From Planctomycetota bacterium (GTDB lineage: Bacteria; Planctomycetota; UBA1135; UBA2386), in NCBI GenBank assembly GCA_965223545.1, contig OZ245006.1:2784001-2848000 (forward strand): a stretch of DNA of 64,000 nt. Direction: 5' to 3'. The notes under the pieces are model-generated. The model was not told the origin of the DNA. It was given only the letters and a program-made list of their open reading frames with translations, and did no database searches. Made by a program: the position numbers and the translations under genes. Positions 16,367 to 26,063 of the stretch are shown here, one piece after another; position 1 is the stretch's first letter; each line of letters starts with the position of its first letter.

Positions 16367-17080
16367 GTGCGGCTGTCGGTCGTGATTCCCACTTTTCGCG
16401 AAGCCAGCAAGATCGGCGCGGACATCGACGCCGCCGGCGACTTCTTGCGGCGCGACTTCGCCAACGCGGGTGAGATCGTCGTCGCCGACGACGGCAGCGA
16501 CGACGGCACTGCGACGCGGGCGGCCGCGCGCGCGGCCCGCGTCGCACCGGTTCCCCTGCAGGTTTTGCGCAGCGAGCGCAACCGAGGCAAGGGACATGCA
16601 TTGCGGCGCGGGGTGGCCGCCAGCCGGGGCGCCGTCGTGTTGACCGTCGACGCCGGCGGCTGCGTGCCGCTGGCCGACGCACACCGCGGCCTGGCGCTGC
16701 TCGCTCGCGGCGCCGACGTGGCGCACGGCAGCAGGCGCCACGCCGACGCCGAGATCGCGGATCCCGCGCCGTGGTGGCGACGGCTGGGCAGCCGCGCCTT
16801 CCGCCTCGTGCAAACCGGCCTGCTCCACCTGCCTCCCGAGCTGCGCGACACCCAGTGTGGCTTCAAGCTCTACCGCGGCGAGATCGCGCGCCCCCTGTTC
16901 GGCCAGTGCCAGACCGACGGCTTCATGATCGACAGCGAGCTGATCCTGCGCGCGCGCCGCGCCGGCCTGCACATCGCCGAGTTCGGCGTCCGCTGGACAG
17001 CGGACCGCGACTCACGATTCCGCCCCACCACCGGCAGCTGGCGCAACGCCCGCGAGCTCTGGCGCATCCGCCACCACTAA
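16367..17080 (+). CDS. Polyprenol-phosphate glycosyltransferase (dolichyl-P-Glc synthase-like GT2)
   Basis: SVVIP, DDGSDD, NRGKG, DTQCGFKLY. Confidence 0.88.
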   Translation: MRLSVVIPTFREASKIGADIDAAGDFLRRDFANAGEIVVADDGSDDGTATRAAARAARVAPVPLQVLRSERNRGKGHALRRGVAASRGAVVLTVDAGGCVPLADAHRGLALLARGADVAHGSRRHADAEIADPAPWWRRLGSRAFRLVQTGLLHLPPELRDTQCGFKLYRGEIARPLFGQCQTDGFMIDSELILRARRAGLHIAEFGVRWTADRDSRFRPTTGSWRNARELWRIRHH

Positions 17081-17081
17081 C

Positions 17082-17117
17082 GAACGTACGGAGTCAGGCT
17101 CGATTTTCTCGCTTCGC
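17082..17117. repeat. REP-like repeat, single arm
   Basis: gaacgtacggagtcaggctcgattttctcgcttcgc, nearly identical to the arm at 29336; immediately after a stop codon. Confidence 0.85.
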
Positions 17118-17199
17118 CGCCCCCCACCCGGAACCGGCCGACCCTGGGTTCTCCCCATTCGGGTCACGCCCCGGGCTGCGAACCGCCGATGAATCGCCC

Positions 17200-18198
17200 A
17201 TGCGACTTCCCGTCACGATCCCACTGTGCTTGGCAACGCTGGTGCTCGCCAGCTGCGCCTCCCACGAGAGCTTCCGGGTCCGGGTTCTCCGGCCCGCGCC
17301 CGTCGATCTCGGCAGCCATTCGCTGGTGGCGCTGGACCGCTGGACGGGCGAGGCGCCCGAGGCTGTTGCCGACTCGTTCGGCGCTGCGCTGCGCGCCGCG
17401 CGCAACCCCCTGACCGGCAACCGCGACTTCGACATCATCGACCGCGCGGGGCTCGACGCGATGCTCGATCGGGTGCGGCAAAGCGGCGCCGAGGATTGGC
17501 AACAGCAGACCATCGCCCAGCTCGAGCGGTGGAAGTCGGCCGACCTCGTCGTGCGCGGCCACGTCGAAACGCACCGCTACACCGAGGAACTCCACGAACA
17601 AGACGTCACCGACGCAGAGGGCAACCCGCACACCGCACTGCGCCGGCATGGCTCGGCCACCCTGCAGGTCACCGTCGAAGCACTACAGGGTCCGCGCCAA
17701 CTGCCGTTCGATTCGGTGCGCTTGCAAGCCGCCTACAGTGCCGAGACCCACGCGCTCGACTCCGAGCCAGCGCCGATCGACCCGGAACCACTGCTGGCAC
17801 GAGCGCGCGACGACGTCGTCGGCCAGTACCTCCGGCGCGTACTGCCGCACGAGGACTGGGAGACCGTGATGCTGTTCATCGACGGCGATCTGCCGCAGCT
17901 CGACATCGGCAACGGCTACGCCAAGGCCGGTGATTGGCAACGCGCCCTGCAGAGCTTTGGCGAGGCGCTCGCCGCCGCCGAGGGAACGCTGGAGGAGCTG
18001 CGCTACAAGGCGCTGTTCAACTCGGGGGTCGCGATGCTGCGAACCAACCGCTTCAGCGATGCGCAGGAGATGCTGGGCGATGCCTACGCGCTGCATCAAG
18101 ACGAGCGCATCCTGGCCGAGCTGCAACGCGCGCGCCAAGCCGAGGCCGACCACGAGGCTCTACAGAACCAAGCCCGGCGCACCGCTGCGCCGCGCTGA
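17200..18198 (+). CDS. Lipoprotein with C-terminal TPR repeats
   Basis: Lipobox LASC; helical repeats GNGYAKAGDWQRAL, ALFNSGVAML. Confidence 0.75.
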   Translation: MRLPVTIPLCLATLVLASCASHESFRVRVLRPAPVDLGSHSLVALDRWTGEAPEAVADSFGAALRAARNPLTGNRDFDIIDRAGLDAMLDRVRQSGAEDWQQQTIAQLERWKSADLVVRGHVETHRYTEELHEQDVTDAEGNPHTALRRHGSATLQVTVEALQGPRQLPFDSVRLQAAYSAETHALDSEPAPIDPEPLLARARDDVVGQYLRRVLPHEDWETVMLFIDGDLPQLDIGNGYAKAGDWQRALQSFGEALAAAEGTLEELRYKALFNSGVAMLRTNRFSDAQEMLGDAYALHQDERILAELQRARQAEADHEALQNQARRTAAPR

Positions 18199-18201
18199 CC
18201 G

Positions 18202-21200
18202 TCACGACCGGCGCGAGAACCAACGCATCATCGTCGCGGCCGACGCCTTCGCCAGCCGCGGAACGCGCGGGTGATTCATCACCCGCGTGTAGACCGGATA
18301 GGTCCTCGCCACCAGCCGCCATAGTCGCGTCTGCGTGACCCCGTCCAAGGTCGCGCGCAGCCGTGCACGCTCCGCCTCCAGGCGGGCGATGCGTTCGCGC
18401 AAGTGCCCCTGCGCCAACATCATCGTGCCGTTCGAGCCGTTGGTCGTCGGCGGGCCCGCGGCGCGCTCCGACTCCAAGAACGCGACGGCGGGAGCGTCGC
18501 CCGCCGCCTCGCCGAGCGCGAACCGCGGCGGCACTCCGAGCTCCTCGGCCAACCCCACGGCTTCGAGCTGGGCCGCGAAGCGCTGTCCGCTCGAGCGCAG
18601 CGACCACTCGTTCTCGACCCACTGCCGCCCCCAACGGCCGAGGTCGCGCCGCAGGGTGGGGTTCTGGTGCAGCCGCACCAAGGCCGTGGCGAGCGCGCCG
18701 GGATCGACAGCGTCCGCCAACAACCCACTGACTCCGTGCGCCACCGCCTCGCGCACACCACCTGCGGGGTAGCCGATGGAAGGCGTGCCGGCGGCCGCCG
18801 CTTCGATGAACACTTGGCCGAAGGTCTCGATCAAACTCGGGCCAACGAACACGTCGGCGGCCGAGTAGGCCATCGCCAAGGTCAGCGGATCACCGACGTA
18901 GCCGAGGCTCTTGACCGCGACGTCATCGCCGATCTCGCCGATGTCGACGTGTCCGACGCAGACCGCCAGCAAGTCGCTCAACCGCGCGCGCCGCAGGGCC
19001 TCCAACAAGTGCGCCAGTCCCTTGCGCTCGTCGCTGAGGCAAGTCGCCGAGAACAGCACGATGAACTTGTCCGGCGGCAAACCCAATGCCTGCCGGCACT
19101 CCATCGGATCGCGCGGCCGAAAGACGTCGATCTCCAGCCCGTAGCGAAGACCGATGATGCGCGGCGACGTCGCGCCGGGAAAGCACCGGCGCGCCACCGA
19201 CTCCGTCCACGCACTCACGCCGGCCAACACCGGCCCGCGCTCGGCGGCCAGCGCGGCCCGCTTCGCCTCGTAGGCCGGCGCGATCAAGGGCGGCTCCAAC
19301 ACGGGATAATCGTACGCCGTCGGACAAGTGTGATCGCAGTGCGACTCGAACTTGGTGCAGTCGCCGGTGTACGCGCAGCGCCCGGTCAACGACCACAGGT
19401 CGTGCATCACCTGCACGACCGGCCACCGCGCCGCGATCGCCCCCGGTAGCTCGGCGGGCAGACGCGCCGAATGCACGTTGCCGAGGACCACCAGATCCGG
19501 CTGCCGATCCGCGATCGCTGCGATCAGCTCGGAGACCGAGCTCTTCGCCTCGCTCAAGTGGGGCGCGATCGCCAGCGCCTCGACGCGCTGGCCAATCAGC
19601 GCCAACGACTTGACCAACCGCAGCTGCGCGATGCCCGCGCCACCGACCCAGCCCATGTCGTTGAAGAACACGACCCGCAGCGCGGCCCGGCGCGCCTCGC
19701 GCCGCAGCGCCGGACGCACGCCGGCAGCCGCGGCGAACGCGTCGCGCACTTTCGCCAACTCCGGCCCATAGTCCGCCTGACTGAACGTCTTTTGCTCTTC
19801 GTGCACCCGGTACTGCGCAATCGGCGCACCGATGACGTGGAGGCGCGCCCCGGCCCGGGCGAAGCGCAGCCACATCTCGTAGTCCATCGAGTAGTAGAGC
19901 GACTCGTCGACGCGGCCGCCGGCGCGCTGCCACAGCGCCCGCGTGAACATCACCTCGGGTTGGTAGAAGAACTGCCCGCGCGTCCACCTCCCCTCCAAGT
20001 CCAACAGCTGCTCGAGCGGCAACGGCCCGGCGGCGCAGCTGGTCAGGTGGCGGCCCGCCAGGACTCCGTCTCGGTAGAGCTCGCAGACGCCGCACACCAG
20101 ATCGGCACCCGAGGTGTGGAACGCCATCGCCATCGCGGCGAGCGCTCCCGGCGCGAGCCGATCGTCACTGTTGATCCAGGTGACGATCTCACCGGTAGCC
20201 CGCGCCATGCCCTTGTTGATGGCATCACTCTGGCCGTTGTCCTTCTCGCTGACGACGTAGCTCAGCCGCTCGGAGTAGCGCTCCAGTACTTCCGCCGTCG
20301 CATCCGTCGAGCCGCCGTCGATCACGATGTGCTCCACGCTGGGATAGCCCTGGTGCAGCACCGACAGAATCGTCTCCTCGATGAACTCGCCTTGATTGTA
20401 CGACGGCGTCACGATGGAGATCTTCGGCCAGGGGGCGCCACCCGGCAGGGTCGGCGGCAGCGCGGCAGTGCGCGGCGCCACCCAGGGCCACGCACCGCGA
20501 CCACCGGCACCGGGCACGTCAGCGCCACGGCGCAGGTCGCGGCGGGCGCGCGCCGCGGCCGCAGCCAGGGTGCCGTCGTCCTCGGCCCCGGTACACGCCG
20601 CGCGCAGGGCGGCAAAGGTCGACTCCGCCAACCGGGCGGCGCGGCCGCGACAGCGCGGCCCCGCCCGCAGCAACAGAGCTCCCCCGAACACGCCGACACT
20701 CTGGTAGCCGGCGATCGCGGCGCGCAGCTCGGGCGAGAGCTCGCCGTCGTGGGCGGCGCCGCGGCACAGCACCGGAACTCCGACTTCGACCGCGAACTGC
20801 AGCGCGCCCAACAGCGGCCGCGCCCCGGAACGCACCAGCTCGGCGCCGACGATGACCATGCTCGGCCCGATCGGCACCGCAGCTAGAAAGTCCGCGACCT
20901 CGCCGTGGAACACGACCGCACGGTCTTCGCAACCGGCCTCGACCAGCCGAGTCCGCAGCGCGGCGATGCGCTCGGAGGAAGGATCAACGGCGTAGTACTG
21001 CGGCGCCGAGCCCGCGCCGGCCGAACGAGCCCCCCGCATCGCGGCGAGCCCGCCGGGCCTTTCCAACCCGATCTCGAGGATCACCCGACCGCAACTCTGC
21101 CCCATCTCGAACAGCTTGCGGCCCACACCACCCACCGTGCCCTCGCCGCTCTCGAGTTGCGCCTCCGCGGCCATCTCGCTCTGCTCGTCCCCCTCCGGAC

Positions 21201-22134
21201 CGCGCGGCCAACTGCGCTGGAAGCCGACGTCCTCGTCGAGCGGCCACAGCTGGGTCGGCGGCACGACGCGCACCGGCATGCACGGTCCCGCGTCTGGCTC
21301 CGGGCGGTGCCCGGCGACCCGGCGCACTGCCTCCAGTTCCTGCCGCAGCGCCGCCAGGCCACCGCGGAGCGATGCCTCCTGCTGGCGCGCCTCGAACATC
21401 CGAACCCCCATGAGCTCGCTTTGCCGGCGGACCGCGACAGCGCTGGACTCGGTCGAGGTCTCCTGCCAATAGCCGAGCCGCGCCATCCAGTCGCCGTGAT
21501 AGCGCGCGAACAATCCGGCGGTCTCATCGTCGAGCAAGTTCTCGGGATCGACGTGCGCACCGCGGCGAAAGAACTTCGGACTCAGCCGCTGCAGTCCCTC
21601 GAAGTCGTTGTGCCAGTCACCCGTGGGTTCGATCCCGGCGAACTCCGCGATCCGCTCGATGGCCACCCGCGGCGTCCGCACGATCTCCTCGTAGCGCAAC
21701 AGCAGAGTGTCGGCGCGCCGTTCGGGCTGCCAGGCGTCGAGGTGACTCCCCCAACTACCGAACTGCGTGTAGCCGGCGACGACGTCGGCCATCGACAGCC
21801 GCGCGTCGCCGGCCACGAAATCCTGCAAGTACCGGTGGTAGGACGAGACCGCCGCGCGGCCGTCGCGCACGACGTAGATCGCCCGCTCGTCGTCGGCGGG
21901 CGCGTCGTGCGTCTTGACGAAGAACAGGGCCTCGGCCGCCCGCATCGCCGGGTACGCTTCCGCCCACGGACGGGCCAGGAACTCGTGACCGACCGCGTCG
22001 CGCAGCGCGGGATCGGCACCGATGTCGGTCAGGTCGTCGTAGCGAGAACAGCTCGACCGACCGAAGGCGGACCTGAGCACCTGGCGGAGCAGGGTGTTGC
22101 CCGAGCGCGGGTAGGACGCGAGCCAGATGATCAA
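18202..22134 (-). CDS. Multidomain sulfotransferase / methyltransferase-like / GT2 / GT4 protein
   Basis: TTG start overlaps the wzt stop. ASYPRSGNT and RDGR..S (PAPS binding); VILEIG..YAVDP; IVTPSYNQ..DGGSTD..WINSDD; ETFGQVFIEA; coiled-coil-like segments. Confidence 0.88.
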   Translation of the reverse strand: MIIWLASYPRSGNTLLRQVLRSAFGRSSCSRYDDLTDIGADPALRDAVGHEFLARPWAEAYPAMRAAEALFFVKTHDAPADDERAIYVVRDGRAAVSSYHRYLQDFVAGDARLSMADVVAGYTQFGSWGSHLDAWQPERRADTLLLRYEEIVRTPRVAIERIAEFAGIEPTGDWHNDFEGLQRLSPKFFRRGAHVDPENLLDDETAGLFARYHGDWMARLGYWQETSTESSAVAVRRQSELMGVRMFEARQQEASLRGGLAALRQELEAVRRVAGHRPEPDAGPCMPVRVVPPTQLWPLDEDVGFQRSWPRGPEGDEQSEMAAEAQLESGEGTVGGVGRKLFEMGQSCGRVILEIGLERPGGLAAMRGARSAGAGSAPQYYAVDPSSERIAALRTRLVEAGCEDRAVVFHGEVADFLAAVPIGPSMVIVGAELVRSGARPLLGALQFAVEVGVPVLCRGAAHDGELSPELRAAIAGYQSVGVFGGALLLRAGPRCRGRAARLAESTFAALRAACTGAEDDGTLAAAAARARRDLRRGADVPGAGGRGAWPWVAPRTAALPPTLPGGAPWPKISIVTPSYNQGEFIEETILSVLHQGYPSVEHIVIDGGSTDATAEVLERYSERLSYVVSEKDNGQSDAINKGMARATGEIVTWINSDDRLAPGALAAMAMAFHTSGADLVCGVCELYRDGVLAGRHLTSCAAGPLPLEQLLDLEGRWTRGQFFYQPEVMFTRALWQRAGGRVDESLYYSMDYEMWLRFARAGARLHVIGAPIAQYRVHEEQKTFSQADYGPELAKVRDAFAAAAGVRPALRREARRAALRVVFFNDMGWVGGAGIAQLRLVKSLALIGQRVEALAIAPHLSEAKSSVSELIAAIADRQPDLVVLGNVHSARLPAELPGAIAARWPVVQVMHDLWSLTGRCAYTGDCTKFESHCDHTCPTAYDYPVLEPPLIAPAYEAKRAALAAERGPVLAGVSAWTESVARRCFPGATSPRIIGLRYGLEIDVFRPRDPMECRQALGLPPDKFIVLFSATCLSDERKGLAHLLEALRRARLSDLLAVCVGHVDIGEIGDDVAVKSLGYVGDPLTLAMAYSAADVFVGPSLIETFGQVFIEAAAAGTPSIGYPAGGVREAVAHGVSGLLADAVDPGALATALVRLHQNPTLRRDLGRWGRQWVENEWSLRSSGQRFAAQLEAVGLAEELGVPPRFALGEAAGDAPAVAFLESERAAGPPTTNGSNGTMMLAQGHLRERIARLEAERARLRATLDGVTQTRLWRLVARTYPVYTRVMNHPRVPRLAKASAATMMRWFSRRS

Positions 22135-23399
22135 GACCGCACCTCCGGTGCGCGCACGACGTCCACGTCGAGCGCCTGCAGCAGGTTGGTGATGCCGTCC
22201 ACCGCGATCCGGTCGATGACCGGGAACTTGACCGCATCGACCCGGCGCGCGAGGAACCGCTGCGTATCGGCGTACCGGCAACCACAACCGAAGAAGTAGT
22301 TGCCGGGGGTGAGGGCGAGATCCACCGTCCACCGCAAGGTCGCGACATCCCCGGCGGCGAAGGGCCCCAACCGACGGTCGAGCCGATCCGACGACACCAG
22401 CATCACCTCCACGCCCTTGATGGTCTTGATATGGAAGCCGCAGACGACCTCGTCGACATCGGCGTCGAACCGCACCGAATAGCAGAATCGGAGCTGCTGC
22501 TTCGAGTGCGCCGAGGGGATCCGCGCGCCACTCTCGTCCTCGAACCACATCTCCTCGATGCGGGCGGTGCCGTCGCCGTAGTCCATCGTGTCGTCGGTGG
22601 AGCTCTCACCGAAGTAGATCTTCTGCAGCACGTTGCACGCATCGCGCGGCAAACCCTCGAAGACCTTGCCGCCGCGGTGCAAGACCACACCGCGGTGACA
22701 GAAGCGCGTGACCGCACCGAGGTCATGGGTGACGAACAAGCACGTCGTCCCAGCCTCGAGCAGCTCCTCGATGCGCTGGTAGCAGCGGCGCCGAAAGCGC
22801 GCGTCGCCGACGCTGAGCGCCTCGTCGATGATGAAGACGTCCGGCCGCATCGCGACGAACATCGCGAATGCCAACCGCACCGTCATGCCGGACGAGTACA
22901 GGCGGACCGGGCGCTCGAAGAACGCGCCGAGAGCGGCGAAGGCGCGGATCTCGGGCACCCGCGCGTCGATTTCCTCGCGCGTGTAGCCCAGTAGGCCGGC
23001 GGTCTGCAGCACGTTCTGGTGGCCACTCAAGAGCGGGTTGAACCCGGTGCCCAGCTCGAGCAGGGACAGCACGCGCCCGTGCACCGAAAAGCTGCCTGCG
23101 GTCGGCGACAGCGTCCCGCTCAACAGCTTGAGAAGCGTGCTCTTGCCGGCGCCGTTGGGTCCGATGATGCCGACGCACTCGCCCGGCTGCACTTCGAGAT
23201 CGAAGTCGCGCAGCGCCCAGAACTCCTGGTACCGCGGCGACTGGCGTGGCCACAGCCAATCCCGCAAACGGTCGTACGGTCGCTCGTACAGCTTGAAGCA
23301 CTTGCCGAGACCCGTCGCGTGGATCGCCGGACCCGCGGCCACCGCCATCGGTGGCGGTGCGCGTTCGCCGGGCGAGGAGTGTCGGTGCGGGAGGGTCAT
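22131..23399 (-). CDS. wzt: Polysaccharide ABC transporter ATPase with C-terminal Wzt_C-like domain
   Basis: GPNGAGKST, YSSGM, IIDEALSVGD, plus a beta-rich C-terminal extension. Confidence 0.93.
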   Translation of the reverse strand: MTLPHRHSSPGERAPPPMAVAAGPAIHATGLGKCFKLYERPYDRLRDWLWPRQSPRYQEFWALRDFDLEVQPGECVGIIGPNGAGKSTLLKLLSGTLSPTAGSFSVHGRVLSLLELGTGFNPLLSGHQNVLQTAGLLGYTREEIDARVPEIRAFAALGAFFERPVRLYSSGMTVRLAFAMFVAMRPDVFIIDEALSVGDARFRRRCYQRIEELLEAGTTCLFVTHDLGAVTRFCHRGVVLHRGGKVFEGLPRDACNVLQKIYFGESSTDDTMDYGDGTARIEEMWFEDESGARIPSAHSKQQLRFCYSVRFDADVDEVVCGFHIKTIKGVEVMLVSSDRLDRRLGPFAAGDVATLRWTVDLALTPGNYFFGCGCRYADTQRFLARRVDAVKFPVIDRIAVDGITNLLQALDVDVVRAPEVRS

Positions 23400-23404
23400 C
23401 GCTG

Positions 23405-24193
23405 TCAGAGAACGTCGCGGATCTCATGCCGCAAGCGGCGCACCGCCAGGCGCGCCACGACGACGACCGCGAGTGGCCAGGCGACCATACCCGCCCACGC
23501 CCACAATGGGGGCATGCGGTCGAAGACGAACAGATCGCGCACCGCCCAGATCGCGGGAACCAGCGGGTGTAGGGCGTAGAAGCGCGGGTCGAGCCACTCG
23601 GTGACCAGCTGCGCGGGGTAGACAATGGGTGCGGTCCACATCAACGCCGGCAACCAGGCCGCGATCCACTGCGCCACGTCGCGAAAGAAGACGTTGAGCG
23701 TGCCGAGCAGCAACCCGAAGGCGAAGCCGAGCGCGACCAGCGCGAACAGGGGGAACGGCAACAGCAGCCACAGCGGAGTCGGCACCCAACCCACGACCAG
23801 CGCCAACACCAGCAGAAGCGCGAAGCTGATGCCCAGGGTCAATGCCGAGGACGCCGCGATCTGCGCGACGAACACGTGCTCGGGCAACGGCAGCTTCTTG
23901 AGGTAGTTGGCGTTGGTCACGAACGAGGTCGCGCCACGCTGCAGACACTCGGCGAAAGCGATCCACGGGAAGAAGCCCGAGCACAAGTAGAAGGCGTAGG
24001 TCAGCACGCCGCGATCGACGTCGAGCGTCGGCCGCATCAGATTGGTGAAGACGACCGAATAGATCGCGATCGAGGCGAGCGGGTGGAGAACGTTCCAAGA
24101 CACGCCCAGGCCGGTGCCGGCATACCGATTGCGCACATCGGCGACGGCGCGGCTCCAAATGAAGCCGCGGTAGGCGATCAGGCTCTGCACCAT
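23405..24193 (-). CDS. wzm: Polysaccharide ABC transporter permease
   Basis: RYAGTGLGVSW..LHPL, NANYLKK, FFRD, TAPIVYP. Confidence 0.92.
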   Translation of the reverse strand: MVQSLIAYRGFIWSRAVADVRNRYAGTGLGVSWNVLHPLASIAIYSVVFTNLMRPTLDVDRGVLTYAFYLCSGFFPWIAFAECLQRGATSFVTNANYLKKLPLPEHVFVAQIAASSALTLGISFALLLVLALVVGWVPTPLWLLLPFPLFALVALGFAFGLLLGTLNVFFRDVAQWIAAWLPALMWTAPIVYPAQLVTEWLDPRFYALHPLVPAIWAVRDLFVFDRMPPLWAWAGMVAWPLAVVVVARLAVRRLRHEIRDVL

Positions 24194-24257
24194 GGTCGCT
24201 CGGGATGCTAACCCGCGCCCGCCGGGATCGGCAACTTGCCACTGCGCGGCACCATCG

Positions 24258-25310
24258 CTACACCCACCCCTCGACCGCCGAGTGATCTCCGGGGCCGAAC
24301 ATGCTGCGCGAGGTGTTGCTGATGATCTTGGCGCCGTCGAACTCGATGCGGTACTGCATCCGCTCCAAGCCCGCCCTCCCCATGAAGGCGTCCAGCTCGC
24401 GGTGCGCGCGCGGCGCATACACCATGAAAAAGCCACCGCCACCGGCTCCGGACACCTTGCCGCCGAGCACGCCGAACCGCTCCTTGATCTCGCGGTAGAG
24501 CTCGTCGATGCCAGGGATGGTGATCTTGGCGGACAGCCGCTGCTTCTGCTCCCAATGGGCGTCCATCAGCTGGCCGAAACGGTCGTAGTTCTCCGCTTCG
24601 ATCGCGGCCAACGACTCCTCGCCGAGCGCTTTGATGCGGTGCAGGGCGTCCTGCACCTCGGCGTGCTCGGGAGACGATGGCGACTTCATCGCCTCGTCCT
24701 GGTCGCGCAGCATCGCCGGCGCGCTGCGCCGCACGCCAGTCCAGTACAGCTGGGTATTGGCGACGAAGTCGGCAATCGATGCCGGCTTGATCGCCGCCGA
24801 GCGAACGGTGACCCGACCATCGGTCGCGATGTCGAGCACGGTCATCCCGCCGTACACCGCCATGTACTGGTCTTGCTTGCCAATGCCCTTGCCCAATGCG
24901 TTGATCTCGATGTCGCACGCTTCTTCCGCGAGCTCCTGCAGATCACACAGGTTGCGGCGGTAGACGCGCAGCGCGGTCAGCAGGCCGACGAGATAGCAGC
25001 TGGACGAGCCGAGGCCCGTGCCGGCCCGCAGGTCGGCGATCGATGCCACCTCCATCCGCGACAGCACGCCGTGCCGCTTCAACGCTTCCCTGGCCAGCTC
25101 GTGTTGCAGCTGGTCGGGATGGTCGACGGTCTCGCTCTTGGTGTACTTGACGCGGATCTTTGGATCGATCGCCGGCGGGTTGATCGACACGTACATGTAC
25201 TTGTCGATTCCCATCGCCAACACCAGTCCACCGTGCTGCCGGTAATAGGACGGTAGGTCGGTGCCACCACCCCCGAGGGTCACGCGAAACGGAGTGCGGG
25301 AGACGATCAT
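24258..25310 (-). CDS. hddA: D-glycero-alpha-D-manno-heptose-7-phosphate kinase-like GHMP kinase
   Basis: RTPFRVTLGGGGTD, GTGLGSSS, GKQDQY, GAGGGG. Confidence 0.85.
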   Translation of the reverse strand: MIVSRTPFRVTLGGGGTDLPSYYRQHGGLVLAMGIDKYMYVSINPPAIDPKIRVKYTKSETVDHPDQLQHELAREALKRHGVLSRMEVASIADLRAGTGLGSSSCYLVGLLTALRVYRRNLCDLQELAEEACDIEINALGKGIGKQDQYMAVYGGMTVLDIATDGRVTVRSAAIKPASIADFVANTQLYWTGVRRSAPAMLRDQDEAMKSPSSPEHAEVQDALHRIKALGEESLAAIEAENYDRFGQLMDAHWEQKQRLSAKITIPGIDELYREIKERFGVLGGKVSGAGGGGFFMVYAPRAHRELDAFMGRAGLERMQYRIEFDGAKIISNTSRSMFGPGDHSAVEGWV

Positions 25311-25939
25311 GCAGACTCGATCCTGTCGCGCAGCGCGGTCGCCACCAAGTGGTGGAGCACCGCGTGCAGTCCTTCGGTATGCGGGGTCGACTCGACCGGG
25401 ACGACGACCACCGCGTCGCAGAGCGCCGCCATCGGCCCACCGTCGAAACCCACCAGGCCGACCGCCGCACCAGAATGAGCGCGGGCGTATCGCAACGCCG
25501 CGAGGACGTTCTGGCTCCACGGCCCCGCCTTGTCCGCACCGGCCCCGCCGTGCACGGAGATGCCGAACGCCACGTCCCCCGGTCGCCACCAGGTCTCGAG
25601 CTGCTCGACGTAGACCCGCGCGAAGCCGTCATCGTTGGTCAACGCCGACAGCAACGGCAGGTTGTCGTTGAGACTCAGCGCCCGCGGCCGCGCCTTGCCC
25701 TCGACCTGACAGCACTTGAACAGATCGGCGGCCAGGTGCTGCGCGGTCGAAGCCGAACCGCCGTTGCCAAACGTGTAGATGGTGTTGCCACGCTGCCACG
25801 CGGCGAACAACACGTCCACCAACGCGTCGACCGCGCGCGCGTCGATCATCGCCAGCACACTCTGTGCGCGCTGCAGGTACCGGGCTGTGCCGCCTCGCGC
25901 CCGGCCGCCGCCGGCTCGTTGTTTCTCAGGGGACGTCAC
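25307..25939 (-). CDS. gmhA: Phosphoheptose isomerase (SIS domain); start approximate
   Basis: FGNGGSASTAQH, ALTNDDG, GFDGG, EGLH. Confidence 0.85.
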   Translation of the reverse strand: MTSPEKQRAGGGRARGGTARYLQRAQSVLAMIDARAVDALVDVLFAAWQRGNTIYTFGNGGSASTAQHLAADLFKCCQVEGKARPRALSLNDNLPLLSALTNDDGFARVYVEQLETWWRPGDVAFGISVHGGAGADKAGPWSQNVLAALRYARAHSGAAVGLVGFDGGPMAALCDAVVVVPVESTPHTEGLHAVLHHLVATALRDRIESA

Positions 25940-26063
25940 GGCCGGAACGCGGATGAAGCCCGCATGAGCGATCGTGGTAAACGGCGGAGAGTAGGCACGC
26001 CCCCGGCCGCCGTCAAAGGCCGCCTGATGGTCTCCGGAGAATCCGCGCGGCATGCTGCGGGGC

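Noticed and set aside
18202..22548. 1448-aa ORF-track start at 22548
   Set aside because: Would overlap wzt by over 400 nt; the TTG at 22134 directly precedes the sulfotransferase motif
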